Shown: positions 37,330 through 51,600 of the stretch, piece by piece
Numbering within the stretch: position 1 is the stretch's first letter
Layout of the letters: each line of letters starts with the position of its first letter
NCBI RefSeq assembly: GCF_006345805.1
Contig: NC_043020.1
Location: 10,664,001 to 10,728,000, forward strand
DNA length: 64,000 bases
Direction of reading: 5' to 3'
Origin: Octopus sinensis
Lineage: Eukaryota
Notes under the pieces: generated by a model
What the model was told of the DNA's origin: nothing
The model's database searches: none
What the model saw: the letters and a program-made list of their open reading frames with translations, nothing else
Translations under genes and position numbers: made by a program

Positions 37330-37640
37330 AAAACAAGAAAACACATATTTGCCCCCAGTCTTCACTCTAAAAAAGTCTTGCTTTGTGTCTGGTGGGATTG
37401 GAAAGGAATTCTGTACTATGAGCTTCTCCCAAGTAACCAGACAATTAATTCTGAGAAATACTGCTCACAACTGGACGAGTTAAAAGCAGCAATTCAAGAG
37501 AAACGTCCAGAATTCGCCTACAGGAAGGGTGTTGTTTCCCAACATGATAATGCAAGACCGCACGTTTCTTTGGGAACCAGACAAAAATTGCTGCAGCTCG
37601 GCTGGGTTGTGTTACCCCACCCTCCATATTTACCAGCCAC
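37330..37640 (+). mobile_element. Mariner (DD34D) transposase fragment
   Basis: KVLLCVWWDWKGILYYELLP...HDNARPHVS...LGWVVLPHPPY. Confidence 0.92.
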
Positions 37641-37685
37641 GACAAAATCTTTTAGTGTTGCTACAAATTCCTGGCCTCACAATCA

Positions 37686-38035
37686 TTGATGACATCACCT
37701 TGATAATGGGACAAAAACTGCTTCACAAAAAACTGGCCTTCCCCTTCAGGCCCCAAAAACCTTATGCTCCAAATAGTTGCTGACTCTACAAAGCTTACAT
37801 GAGATGCATAATGATGACATCATCTTGATAATGGGACAAAAACTGCTTCACAAAAAACTGGCCTTCCCCTTCAGGCCCCAAAAACCTTATGCTCCAAATA
37901 GTTGCTGACTCTACAAAGCTTACATGAGATGCATAATGATGACATCATCTTGATAATGGGACAAAAACTGCTTCACAAAAAACTGGCCGTCCCCTTCAGG
38001 CCCCAAATAGTTGCTGACTCTACAAAGCTTACATG
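37686..38035. repeat. Tandem repeat, 125-nt unit, about 2.8 copies
   Basis: GACATCA(C/T)CTTGATAATGGGAC at 37691, 37816 and 37941. Confidence 0.9.
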
Positions 38036-38189
38036 AGATGCACAATGAAACAAAGCTTCTGTATTTGGGACAATTCCACTGCTGTACAGACAAGCATCCT
38101 AGGCTAAACACCTACAAAAAGGGCCACTTGACTGACTGCTACAGTAACTTTGAGTAACATCCTTTTATCTTATCAGACAGATAGGATAC

Positions 38190-38412
38190 CAGCTCACACA
38201 GTTATTTCTGCTACTACTATGACAGCCTCTGGAAGCTCTCTACTCACAATACCAGAGGGCGCATACTCTCCTACCCTGATGTAATCTCCAGGGATATAGG
38301 CATCCAGCAACAGGACCTCCGTAATGCTATGATGGACCGTGAAGTCTGGCGTAGCATGGTAAATTCCCTTGTCTCGACCACGGTCGAACAATGATGATGA
38401 TGAAGATGATGA
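38190..38412 (+). mobile_element. 3' end of a second RTE-like LINE family with (GAT)n tail
   Basis: YPDVISRDIGIQQQDLRNAMMDREVWRSMVNS followed by ATGATGATG. Confidence 0.6.
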
Positions 38413-39898
38413 TGACAGCCTCTGCTCCTTGAAAGTAGATAGTTACATAACCTTATGGAGTGCATCAGACCTCAGGAATTCACTCATGGTCTATGGTTAT
38501 CTAGCACTTAATTCACCAAACTACCAAAGTTGACAGTAGAAGAAAGTCATCTAATAGCTTAACAAACCAGTTTATGTACTCACTGATTGTAAACATGTGT
38601 CATCATCATATAAGCAATGTCCTTCATTTCTAATCTTCTCTGAAAACAATGTCTGGTCATGGAAAATATTATTTTACTTGGAAACAGGTAAGGGTTGGAG
38701 ACAGGACAGGCATGTGTCCATAGAAAATCTGCCTCAAAATATTTTGTCCAACCCATGTGAGCATGGAAAAGTGGACATAAAGATCTGATGATGATGAAGA
38801 CATTCACCATATACAACATATATATATAAATATATATATATATATTTATATATATGACACTGAATCAGCTTCGCTGAGTGACAGGTGATGGTTGTTTAGA
38901 AAATGCCCGGGCTAAAACTACACGCCTTCATTAGTCAGTTACGGTGAGACAGTGTCACGTGACAACTTGCTGGGGTTTCCTGCTGGAGCCTAGCGGAAGG
39001 TATTTAAAGGGAAAAATTTGACAAGTAAGTCAGTCACCGGCTGACACTCGCTGACGATACATCGAAGAGGCCAAGGAACAGAGGAAAGAAGAAGAAAGAA
39101 GACATGCACCCAACACAAGAACTGAAGACACCTCCGAAAGGGGGGCCCCCGCCACATCAAAACGGTAGAGGAGTAGGGGCCGAAACCGGACATGGTTACT
39201 CCTGATGATGTCTTGAGTTAACTGGATCCTATAAAGGAGCTGTTGTGGTAGCAGACCATGAAACACGGTTGTAATTCCACACACACAACAGGCTTATTCT
39301 GGGGCTACAGTAGAAGACACTTGCCCAAGGTGTCATGCAGTGGGACTGAACCTGAAACCATGCAGTTGGAAAGCAAACTTCTGAACCACACAACAACACC
39401 TGTACCTACTTAATAGCTACAAACCACACCTGCTCCTTAAAACTCTCGAATATTTGCAAACGATGATCATTAGAATTTTTATGATGATTTTTCAGAGTGA
39501 CCCAACCTATTTCTTTACTACCCACAAGGGGCTAAACACAGACGGGACAAACAAACGGATTAAGTCGAATACATCGACCCCAGTGTGTAACTGGTACTTA
39601 ATTTATCGACCCCGAAAGGATGAAAGGAAAAGTCGACCTCGGCGGAATTTGAACTCAGAACGTAACGGCAGAAGAAATATGGCTACGCATTTCGCCCGGT
39701 GTGCTAACGTTGCTGCCAGTTCGCCGCCTTAAACCACCAACAAGATGACCTCTGACCCATTGCTTTCTTTGCGCAAGATTACCAAAACTGTCAATGTTTG
39801 AAATGTGATAAAAGTATTTCAAATAAAATATGAAACAAAAATAAACAAAAAGAAAGAAGTGCTGCCTTATCCCTTCCCTAGTAGCTGCTCCTTCTTAC

Positions 39899-40019
39899 CT
39901 TTGATCCCCATCTTCTTCTGTAGGTATCGAACCATTGACTGATACTGTTGCTCAGCCTCCTCATCTACATCATCACAGTTTTGTCGCCATTCCATCAGAG
40001 ATGTCAGAGCTGTTCGATC
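39899..40019 (-). CDS. TONSL: TONSL exon: end of ankyrin region
   Basis: TTTCAG|GAT...AAAG|GTAAGA; DRTALTSLMEWRQNCDDVDEEAEQQYQSMVRYLQKKMGIK; 121 nt, phase 0/1. Confidence 0.88.
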
Positions 40020-40449
40020 CTGAAACGCACAAAAAAAAAAACACATAAATAATGGAGGTGGTGGTGGTGGTGTGGTACCATTTTCTATACATAGAAATGA
40101 AAAATAGCTTTGAAATTGTCATAATGCAGTGATGGCAAGCAGGATCAATCAATCGATCTGTAGATGGATAGATGGACGGATGGATGGATGGATGGGTGGG
40201 TGGTGATAGATAGATAGATAGTGATAGATAGATAGATAGATAGATAGATAGTGATAGATAGATAGATAGATAGATAGTGATATATATATATATAGATAGA
40301 TAGATAGTGATAGATAGAGATAGAGAGAGAGAGAAAAGGAGAGAGAAAGAAAAGGAGAGAGAGAGGAGGGAGAGAGAAAGAGAGGGAGAGAGAGAGAAGG
40401 AGGGAGAGAGAGAAAGAGAGAGAGAGAGAGAGACTACATCACCAATTTC

Positions 40450-42925
40450 GAACCGAAACCAAGCAACTTCTAAGGCTTACCAAAAATACACAAATCAAAA
40501 GAATTTCAACATGGAGTAAAGGAATAAGGAAGTGATTACATAAAATTACTACAGCCAAAAGTTCTAAAACTTAGACCTAGAAAAGCGAGTCCAGCATGCC
40601 ATACCCACAATCTAAGCAGTTTTATTGGCGTTATTTTGAAACTATTAGGTACTCACATATCTAGTTTCACCTGGGATGACATCAACTTAGTGTCCAACTT
40701 TCCCAAAATAATAGAATTGAATTCATTTTACTTAATTGTGATGCAGTAAGCGTTTACACAAATATTCCACATGATTTAGGAATAAAGGTAATTAAATACT
40801 GGGTGGAAAAACATAGAAGTGATTCTCAGTGGATTGACCATGCTATTTATATAAGACACAGTCAAACTTATGCTTGAAAATAACATTCTTTTACAATGGA
40901 ATGAATTACATCCAAGTTGGAGGCATAGCAATGAGAATGAGATTTGGTCCCAAAAGGAAAACTACGGAAGTCAATTGAGAAGGTGTGTTAAAGATGCATA
41001 GAAAAGATACCTTGATGATTGCTTCATAATCGGGACGAAACCTCTAGATATGAAGGTAAGTTTGTATGTATGGAGTCACTGGATTGCGGCCAAGCTGGGC
41101 CACCGCCTTGAAATGTGTATGTATACTCTTTACTCTCTTTTACTTGTTTCAGTCATTTGACTGCGGCCATGCTGGAGCACCGCCTTTAGTCGAGCAACTC
41201 GACCCCGGGACTTATTCTTTGTAAGCCCAGTACTTATCCTATCGGTCTCTTTTGTCGAACCGCTAAGTGACGGAGACATAAACACACCAGCATCGGTTGT
41301 CAAGCAATGCTAGGGGGACAAACACAAACACACACACACATATATATATATACACATATACGACAGGCTTCTTTCAGTTTCTGTCCACCAAATCCACTCA
41401 CAAGGCTTTGGTCGGCCCGGGGCTATAGCAGAAGACACTTGCCCAAGGTGCCACGCAGTGGGACTGAACCCGGAATCATGTGGTTGGTATGCAAGCTACT
41501 TACCACACAGCTACTCCTGCGCCTGGAAGAATTTAATATCCACCTGAACAATCTGTATCCAAGTCTCCAATTTACAAAGGAAATGAGCAGTAACAAATTT
41601 ACCAATTCTAGACATAAGGCACAGGAGTGGCTGTGTGGTAAGTAGCTTGTTTACCAACCACCTGGTTCTGGGTTCAGTCCCACTGCGTGGCACCTTGGGC
41701 AAGTGTCTTCTACTATAGCCTCGGGCCGACCAAAGCCTTGTGAGTGGATTTGGTAGACGGAAACTGAAAGAAGCCCGTCGTATATATGTATATATATATA
41801 TATATGTGTGTGTGTTTGTGTTTGTCCCCCTAGCATTGCTTGACAACCGATGCTGGTGTATTTATATCCCCGTTACTTAGCGGTTCGGCAAAAGATACCA
41901 ATAGAATAAGTACCGGGCTTACAAAAGAATAAGTCCTGGGGTCGAGTTGCTCGATTAAAGGCGGTGCTCTAGCATGGCCGCAGTCAAAATGACTGAAAAG
42001 AGTAAAGAGAGATAATGGTAATTAAAAGTGATACCACCATCACTACTGATGTATACTATGAACACAAGAGACACACATCAATACCTGAATTTTAAATCAT
42101 GATATCCAAAACATACAAAATGCAATATCCCATACTACCTAGCCAGAAAAATTTGCAGTATTGTGGAAGATGTGAATACCAGAGGCAAACGCCTAACAGA
42201 ACTCAAAGAATTTCTACTCAAACAACAATAGCCATCCCTACTTGAAGAAAATGGTTATACAGTTGGTATACAGGCAGCGAGCTGGCAGAAATGTTAGCAC
42301 GTCGGGCGAAATGCTTAGCGGTATTTCGTCTGCCGCTACGTTCTGAGTTCAAATTCCGCCGAGGTCGACTTTGCCTTTTATCCTTTCGGTATCGATTAAA
42401 TAAGTACCAGTTATGCACTGGGGTCGATGTAATCGACTTAATCCGTGTGTCTGTTCTTGTTTGTGTCCCCTTTGTGTTTAGCCCCTTGTGGGTAGTAAAG
42501 AAATAGGTATTTCGTCTGACTTTACATTCTGAGTTCAAATTCCGCCGAAGTCGACTTTGCCTTTCATCCTTTCAAGGTCAATTAAATAAGTACCAGTTAT
42601 GCACTGGGGTTGATGTAATTGACTTAATCCGTGTGTCTGTCCTTGTTTGTGACCTCTCTGCATTTAGCACCTTGTGGGTAGTAAAGAAATATGTACACAA
42701 CTGTGTTATAGAAACTTATACAACAACTTTCGGAAATCCCCAAAAAGAGGAAAACAAACTCAGGTCAAACCATTTATAGTGACACACAATTTGTGTCAGC
42801 AAAATATCTTTAGCATTGCCAAAGCAAACTTGCTGATCATTTGTCAAAGTAATGAACTGAAGGAGGTAATCACAGATTGAGCTATGATTCGAAGTAAAAG
42901 GCAGCCAAAAAATTTGAAACAACTG
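40450..42925 (+). mobile_element. Decayed Penelope-like RT, split by at least four SINE insertions
   Basis: CDAVSVYTNIPHDLG (~40737), GIAMRMRFGP (~40920), KRYLDDCFII (YLDD at 41008-41019), LNNLYPSLQFTKE/LPILDI (41524-41617), TDVYY..THQYLNFKS..IPYYLARKIC (42020-42260). Confidence 0.85.
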
Positions 42926-43080
42926 AATGGCTGTGTGGTAGGTAGCTTGCTTACCAACCACATGGTTCTGGGTTCAGTCACCCTGCATGGCACCTTGGGC
43001 AAGTGTCTTCTACTACAACCTCGGACTGACCAAAGCCTTGTGAGTGGATTTGGTAGATGGAAACTGAAAGAAGCCCGCCG

Positions 43081-43112
<32 letters not shown>

Positions 43113-44355
43113 CATATGTGTGTGAATGTGTATGTGTGTGTATATGTTTGTGTGTCTGTGTTTGTCCCCTCGGCATTGCTTGACAACCGATGCTGGTGTC
43201 TTTACGTCCGCGTAACTTAGCGGTTCGGCAGAAGAGACCGATAGAATAAGTACTAGGCTTACAAAGAATAAGTCCTGGGGGTCGATTTGCTCAACTGAAG
43301 GTAGTGCTCCAGCATGGCCACAGTCAAATGACTGAAACAAGTAAAAGAGTAATACATGAGTATGTATGTGTGCTTGTGTTATGACTGGTCCCTCTGGTGG
43401 TAAAAAGCACTGGTGGCAGCGCCCATGTGGCACCACATAAAAAAAACCATGCGGTGCCACGTAAAAGTACCCTACACACTTTGTAAAGGGGCTGACATTA
43501 GGAAGAGCATCTTGCCATAGAAACCATGCTAAATCAACTGTAATCTGGGGCAGCTCCCTAGCTTCTGACTCTGGTCAAACCATCTGATCCATGCCAGTAT
43601 GGACAACAGCCAGCGCCACCTTGACTGGCTTCTGTGCCAGTGGCATGTAAAAAGCATCAACCGTTCATGGCCGTTGCCAGCCTACCCTGGCACCTAAAAA
43701 GCACCATCCGTACGTGGCTGATGCAAGCACCACCATGACTGGCTTCCATGCCAGTGGCACATAAAAACCACCAACCGATCATGGCTGTTGCCAGCCTCCC
43801 CTGGCACCATCTGTACGTGGTCGATGCCAGTGCCACCGTGACTGGCTTCCATGCCGGTGGCACGTAAAAAGCACCAACTGATAGTGACCGTTGCCAGCCT
43901 TGCCTGGCACGTAAAAAGCACCCACTACACTCACGGAGTGGTTGGCATTAGGAAGGGCATCCAGCTGTAGAAACACTGCCAGATCAGACTGGAGCCTGGT
44001 GCAGCCTCCTGGCTTCCCAGACCCCGGTCGAACCGTCCAACCCATGCTAGCATGGAAAACGGACATTAAACGATGATGATGATGATACACACACACACAC
44101 ACACATAATTCCTGTTTTCTGTTCTCTTTTATTCTGTAACCTGTAATTTGTGCTCTATATAAACATACACTTTAAGCCTGTTGGTGTTTATCTGCCTTTC
44201 TACCTCCATAACAGCTTGATAAGGATTGTACTTACAATGCAGAGACACAAACTAATTGAAGAGGTTGGAATTTAAACGATTTAAGCTCTAACTCTGTCAT
44301 GTATGCCATGCTTACTTTACACTCACTCACCCACTCACTGTATACACACACACTC

Positions 44356-44394
<39 letters not shown>

Positions 44395-44484
44395 ATCCAA
44401 ACAAGAAAGCAAAAAAAAAAAAACACAACAACGCGAGGACGTGGAACAAATATAGTATTATTGGACGCTCAGGAAAGAAGGAGG

Positions 44485-44519
44485 GTTTAACGTTTCGAGC
44501 GGAGCTCTTCATCGGAAAC
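44485..44519 (-). ncRNA. Minimal hammerhead-like motif with CCGAUGA core
   Basis: Minus strand: GTTT-CCGATGA-A-GAGC(TCC)GCTC-GAAA-CG-TT/AAAC; related to the 3860 motif. Confidence 0.5.
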
Positions 44520-45659
44520 ATAGGAGAAGGAAAGATCCAGAGAAGGGAAGACAGAGGAAAAAAAATTGCCAAAATATGAATTAGAGATAAAACTACTATT
44601 ATGCAACTCAAACAGTGATAGACATAAACCAAAACATAAATAACAAATAAAATATATTTTTATAAAACATATAACCTTAGGAGTTTGCTCTGGCACTCCA
44701 TTACTACCTTCTTTTATTTCCTTCCCAACTACTCCCACCCCTGTATAATGTAGAGCAGCCCTGTATCTCCTATGTTACCAGACACATATGCTTGTCCTAT
44801 CATAGTTTAACCTTTCAACACCAGGAATAAAGCTGCCCACCCCTCCTAAATAATACTGTGAGCTTTTTCCTCTTCCTTTTCCTGTTCTTTTTGTGCCTAG
44901 CACATTACCTGGCAATCTCACTAGTGGTGGTGGTATGAAAAAAAAAGCACCTGGTACACTCTGTAAAGTAGTTGACTAGAGGAAGGGCATCCAGCCATAG
45001 AAGCCTTGCCAAACCTCATACTGGAACTCAGCAGTTCATTGGACCCTGTCAAACCACGCAAGCTATACATATATACATATTCTTTTCTGCTCTAGGCACA
45101 AGGCCCGAAATTTTTAGGGAGGGAGCCAGTCGATTAGATCAACCCCAGGACGCAACTGGTACTTAATTTATCGACCCCGAAAGGATGAAAGGCAAAGTCG
45201 ACCTCAGCGGAATTTGAACTCAGAACGTAGCAACAGGCGAAATACCGCTCGGCATTTCGCCTGGCGTGCTAACGATTCTGCCAGCTCACCGCCTTTACAT
45301 ATATACATTATACATATTATATGCATTATACACACACACACATATGCACATACATATGTACTCTCCCGTCATTAGACAAGTTTGGCATATGAGGGTTCAG
45401 CAATTTCCTGCTGAACAACCACACAAATGATTTGCTTATAGTCATCAAACGTTTGTGTACTCATAAGATCACTCTCTCCATCAAATCAACATTACCTGTA
45501 CAGGTGCACCATGTGCCACAGGTCAGATGACGAAATGATCGCAGAGCAATGTGAAATGAAGTGCTTTGCTCAAGAACACGACGCAATGCCCAGTCTGGGA
45601 ATCGAACCCACAATCTTGCAATCGTGAGTGCAACACCCTAACCACCAAGCCACACACCT

Positions 45660-46550
45660 TCACACATATATTACACATATTACACACATATTACATATAT
45701 TACACATATTACATATATTACACATATATTACATATATTACACATATATTACACACATATTACATATATTACACACATATTACATATATTACACATATAT
45801 TACATATATTACACATATATTACATATATTACACATATATTACATATATTACACACATATTACACACATATTACATATATTACACACATATTACATATAT
45901 TACACATATTACACATATATTACACACATATTACACATATATTACACATATATTACATATATTACACATATATTACACATATATTACATATATTACACAT
46001 ATATTACACACATATTACATATATTACACACATATTACACACATATTACATATATTACATATATTACATATATTACACATATATTACACACATATATTAC
46101 ACATATTACATATATTACACACATATTACACATATATTACATATATTACACATATATTACATATATTACACATATATTACATATATTACACATATATTAC
46201 ATATATTACACACATATTACACATATATTACATATATTACACATATATTACACACATATATTACACATATTACATATATTACACACATATTACACATATA
46301 TTACATATATTACACACATATTACACATATATTACATATATTACACATATATTACACACATATATTACACATATTACATATATTACACACATATTACATA
46401 TATTACACATATATTACATATATTACACATATATTACATATATTACACACATATTACACATATATTACATATATTACACACATATTACATATATATTACA
46501 CACATATTACATATATTACACACATATTACACATATATTACACACACACA
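45660..46550. repeat. Degenerate TTACA(CA/TA)nTA minisatellite, ~890 nt
   Basis: Direct reading; generates the spurious 338-aa and 311-aa H/I/T/Y ORFs. Confidence 0.95.
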
Positions 46551-46746
46551 AGAAAGCACATAAATGCAAGTTACTCAATTAAATCCAAATGCTTATTCAT
46601 CAAATTGGATTATATTAAAATATATTACATGTACCATCAGAATTTTATTCTAGTCTTGATCACAACTCTCCAATGAATGGGAACATGAAACTCTGAGTCA
46701 CAGCTTTTTTGTGATGTTTTTGCAGCTTCAATAAATAAATATAGAT

Positions 46747-46805
<59 letters not shown>

Positions 46806-46807
<2 letters not shown>

Positions 46808-46970
46808 CGCAGGAGTGGCTGTGTGGTAAGTAGCTTGTTTACCAACCACATTGTTGCGGGTTCAGTCCCACTGCGTGGCACCTTGGGCAAGTGTCTTCTA
46901 CTATAGCCTCGGGCCGACCAAAGCCTTCTGAGTGGATTTGGTAGACGGAAACTGAAAGAAGCCCGTCGTA

Positions 46971-47014
<44 letters not shown>

Positions 47015-47229
47015 TGTATGTGTCTGTGTTTGTCCCCCTAGCATTGCTTGACAACCGATGCTGGTGTGTTTATGTTCCCCGTTACTTAGCGGTTCGGCAA
47101 AAGAGACCGATAGAATAAGAACTGGGCTTACAAAGAATAAGTTCTGGGGTCGAGTTGCTCGATTAAAGGTGGTGCTCCAGCATGGGCGCAGTCAAATGAC
47201 TGAAACAAGTAAAAGAGAGTAAAAGAGTG

Positions 47230-47230
<1 letters not shown>
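46806..47230 (+). mobile_element. tRNA-derived SINE, family A (internal TA/TG microsatellite, AAAAGAGT tail)
   Basis: Head GGCGCAGGAGTGGCTGTGTGG...GGGTTCAGTCCC (A/B-box-like). Other copies at about 14675-15080(+), 16147-16553(-), 25235-25636(-), 36125-36535(-), 41105-41523(-), 41618-42010(+), 42925-43335(+), 47985-48370(-), 60455-60863(-). Confidence 0.88.
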
Positions 47231-47272
<42 letters not shown>

Positions 47273-48166
47273 CCTCATCATCATCATCATCGCTTAATGT
47301 CCATTTTCCAGGCTAGCATGGGTTGGACAGTTCAACAAGGGTCTGGGAAGCCAGGAGGCTGTACCCGGTTCCAGTCTGATCCGGCAGTGTTTCTACAGCG
47401 AGATGCCCTTCCTAATGCCAACCACTCCGTGAGTGCAGTGAGTGCCTTTTTACGTGCCACCAGCACAGGTACCAGGGGAGGCTGGCAATGGCCGTGATCG
47501 GTTGGTGCCTTTTACATGCCACCAGCACGGAAGCCAGTCAAGTATGTAAAAATTAATATTTCCTTCTCCAAGCCTAGATTTGAAACTGAACCTAAGAATT
47601 CTCGGTCGGTCCAAACCACCACGATCAACAGGCGTGAAAAAAGGTTTTCCTTGTCCTGTCAAAAAGTGATTGATCATCTCGCTCTGACCTACAACCCCAG
47701 CCATATCAGGTGAAGTTTAAATGGATAGGAGCTGACCCATTTAGGCACAATCTCGGCTGCAGTATGTCTGTCCTTCTAGCTGCCACGATTATTATAAATA
47801 AGGTAATCAGCAGAGGGACAGACAACAAGAAGAAGAAGAAGAAAGGCCTAGCAGGCAGATGACAAAGGTTTACGACATGACAGAAGGTTTTGGTAGACTG
47901 CAGAGACCGAGAGAAATGTTTGAAGTGCTTCGGCAGACTACTGTCTCAGATGAACTATGCACACACACACACAAACAAACATACTCTCATTTACTCTCTT
48001 TTACTTGTTTCAGTCATTTGACTGCGGCCATGCTGGAGCACCGCCTTTTAGTCGAGCAAATCGACCCCAGGACTTATTCTTTGTAAGCCCAGTACTTATT
48101 CTATCGGTCTCTTTTGCCGAACCGCCAAGTGATGGGGACGTAAACACACCAGGGGGACAAACACAT

Positions 48167-48205
<39 letters not shown>

Positions 48206-48619
48206 TACGACAGGCCTCTTTCAGTTTCCGGCTACCAAATCCACTCACAAGGCATTGGTCGGCCCGGGGCTATAGCAGAAGACACTTGCCCAAGGTGCCA
48301 CGCAGTGGGACTGAACCCGGAACCATGTGGTTGGTTAGCAAGCTACTTACCACACAGCCACTCCTGCGCCTATATTCATTTCTGACATATCACTTCCACA
48401 GATGCACCCTGTTTCTATTTCTAGCAACTCGTAGCGGTTGTCAACATTTTCTGTGTAGTGAAGAATTATGTGTACCAACAACAAATTAAGTCCAGTGAAT
48501 AAATTATTTTAACTATGAATCGATTCACTCATTTGTTTATTTCAAAGACATCTACATTCCTTTTGCATCTGTTTACCTGAGACACATTTAACCACTACAT
48601 ATATATATATATATATATA

Positions 48620-51600
48620 AGCCTTTGACGAAGTGGAAGGGGGTATAGCTACACATGGGGTAGAAGACAACTGGACGTTTCTGAGGGACAACCTGCTGAA
48701 AGCCGCTGACCAGATCTGTGGCTGGTGCAAAGTCCCCTTAAGACCCAAAATAACGTGGTGGTGGAACAATATTGTTGACAGGGCTATTAGACAAAAGAAA
48801 CAGGCTTGGAAGGCCTGGAAGAACGGTGGTAGCAGGGAAGGGTATCAGACTGCCAGAAGGGAAGCTAGGAGACAGGTCTATCTAGCCAGAGGGGAAGCAG
48901 ATAAGAGAAAATTTGCCAATGTCCTGCGCCATGAGGATGAAAGACTTGAGGTATTTCGTGTTGCAAGACAGTGTGTGAGAGAGAATCGTGATGTGGTAGG
49001 AGAGAAATGTGTTCGCATGGAGGATGGTTCACTTGCGCTAAATGAGGATGCAAAGAGAGAAGCTTGGAGACGCCACTATGAAAGGTTACTGAATGAGGAA
49101 AATGAATGGGATAAAGAGAGTCTGCCGAATGTTGACCCTACAGAGGGACCAGCTATCCGAGTTGATAGTTCCGTGGTAGCTAAGGCAATTAGAAGCATGA
49201 AGACAGGGAAAGCCCCAGGCCCATCAGGAATTACTGCAGAGATGCTCAAAATATCTGGCAGTGTCGGCTATAACCTAGTCACCCGTATAGTCAACCAGGT
49301 GATACACGAAGGAGTCATACCCAATGACTGGTGCAGCAGCATACTAGTCAACTGCTACAAAGGTAAAGGTGATGCCCTAGATACAAATAATTACAGAGGT
49401 ATCAAGCTGTTGGATCAAGTAATGAAGGTTACGGAGAGGGTCATAGCCCAACTAATTAGAGAGAGAGTTAGTTTAGATGAGATGCAGTTTGGGTTCGTGC
49501 CAGGAAAAAGTACCACTGATGCTATATTCCTGGTAAGGCAGCTGCAGGAGAAATACCTAGCCAAAGATAAGCCCCTGTACCTGGCTTTCGTTGACATGGA
49601 GAAAGCTTTTGATAGGGTCCCCCGATCCCTTATCTGGTGGTCAATGAGGAAACTAGGGATAGATGAATGGCTGGTGAGGACTGTGCAAGCCATGTACAGA
49701 GATGCCGTAAGTAAGGTTAGGGTTGGCAACATGTACACAGAAGAATTCAAAGTAGAGGTTGGGGTCCACCAGGGTTCAGTACTCAGCCCCCTCCTATTTA
49801 TCATAGTACTCCAGGCAATTACGGAGGAATTCAAGACAGGCTGTCCCTGGGAGCTCCTCTACGCTGACGACCTTGCTCTTATTGCTGAGTCACTATCAGA
49901 AATGGAGGAGAAGTTCCAGGTGTGGAAGGAGGGTTTAGAATCAAGGGGCCTTAGAGTCAACCTAGCTAAAACCAAAGTACTAATAAGTAGAAAGGTAGAC
50001 AATCCACAAATATCTTCAGGAAGATGGCCCTGCTCGATCTGTAGAAAAGGTGTAGGTAGAACTCTATAAGATGTACCCAGTGTAAGCTATGGACACATAA
50101 GAGGTGCAGCAATGTCAAAGGTAGGCTAACTGGGAAGATAGTTTTTGTATGTGGCAGATGCTCGGGAGCATTAACCTCCGAAAATCTGCAGAAAACAACT
50201 TCCGTCACTTTCCAGGGGGAAAAACTAGAAGTAGTTGATAGCTTCCGTTATCTAGGTGACCAAGTCAGTAGTGGGGGTGGGTGCGCTGAAAGTGTAACTG
50301 CTAGAATAAGAATAGCCTGGGCAAAGTTTAGGGAGCTCTTACCTCTGCTGGTGACTAAAGGCCTCTCGCTCAGAGTAAAAGGCAGACTGTATGATGCGTG
50401 TGTACGAACAGCCATGCTACATGGCAGCGAAACATGGGCTGTGACTGCTGAGGACATGCGTAAGCTCGTGAGGAATGAAGCCAGTATGCTCCGATGGATG
50501 TGTAATGTCAGTGTACATACTCGACAGAGCGTTAGCACCTTGAGAGAAATGTTGTACCTAAGAAGCATCAGTTGTGGTGTGCAAGAGAGACGATTGCGCT
50601 GGTATGGTCATGTGGCGAGAATGGATGAAGATAGGTGTGTGAGAAAGTGCCAATCCCTAGCAGTTGAGGGAACCCGTGGAAGAGGTAGACCCAGGAAAAC
50701 CTGGGACGAGGTGGTGAAGCACGACCTTCGAACTTTAGGCCTCACTGAGGAAATGACCAGAGACCGAGACCTTTGGAAATATTCTGTACGTGAGAAGACC
50801 AGGCAGGACAAGTGAGCCCAGCCCACTTATGAATGCCTTTCCTCCCTTGGACACAAAGACCGGTTGAGGCAAGCGAAGTCGATATAGAACCTCATCCGAC
50901 GACAGACACCCATCCCAACCCCCCATGCCTGCGAAGACATGTTGGGGCAAGCGAAATCGAAACCGAATTGAACAGCCAGGATCCCTGGCCTGGTGGTACG
51001 TAAAAAGCACTATCCGACTCGGGGCCGTGGCACGTAAAATACTCCAATGCGACCGTACGACAGGCACCCATGCCAACCCCCTTTGCTTGTGAAGACATGT
51101 TGGGGCAAGCGAAATCGAAATCGAATTGAACCAGCCAGGATCCCTGGTCTGGTGGTACGTAAAGCACTATCCGACTCGTGGCCGTGGCACGTAAAATACT
51201 CCAATGCGACCGTACGACAGGCACCCTTGCCAACCCCCTTTGCTTGTGAAGACATGTTGGGGCAAGCGAAATCGAAATCGAATTGAACCAGCCAGGATCC
51301 CTGGTCTGGTGGTACGTAAAAAGCACTATCCGACTCGTGGCCGATGCCAGCACCGCCTCGACTGGCTTCCGTGCCGGTGGCACATAAAATACACCAATCT
51401 GACCGTGGCCGTTGCCAGCCCCGCCTGGCACCTGTGCAGGTGGCACGTAAAAAGCACCCACTACACTCACGGAGTGGTTGGCGTTAGGAAGGGCATCCAG
51501 CTGTAGAAACATTGCCAAATTAGACTGGAGCCTGGTGCAGCCTTCTGGCTTCCCAGAACCCCGGTCGAACCGTCCAACCCATGCTAGCATGGAGAACGGA

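Noticed and set aside
39190-39245. CTGATGA with a possible stem II
   Set aside because: GAAA and an NUH triplet are missing; too decayed to call.
45566-46582. 338-aa and 311-aa ORFs
   Set aside because: Stop-free translation of a TTACACATA-type minisatellite; no coding signal.
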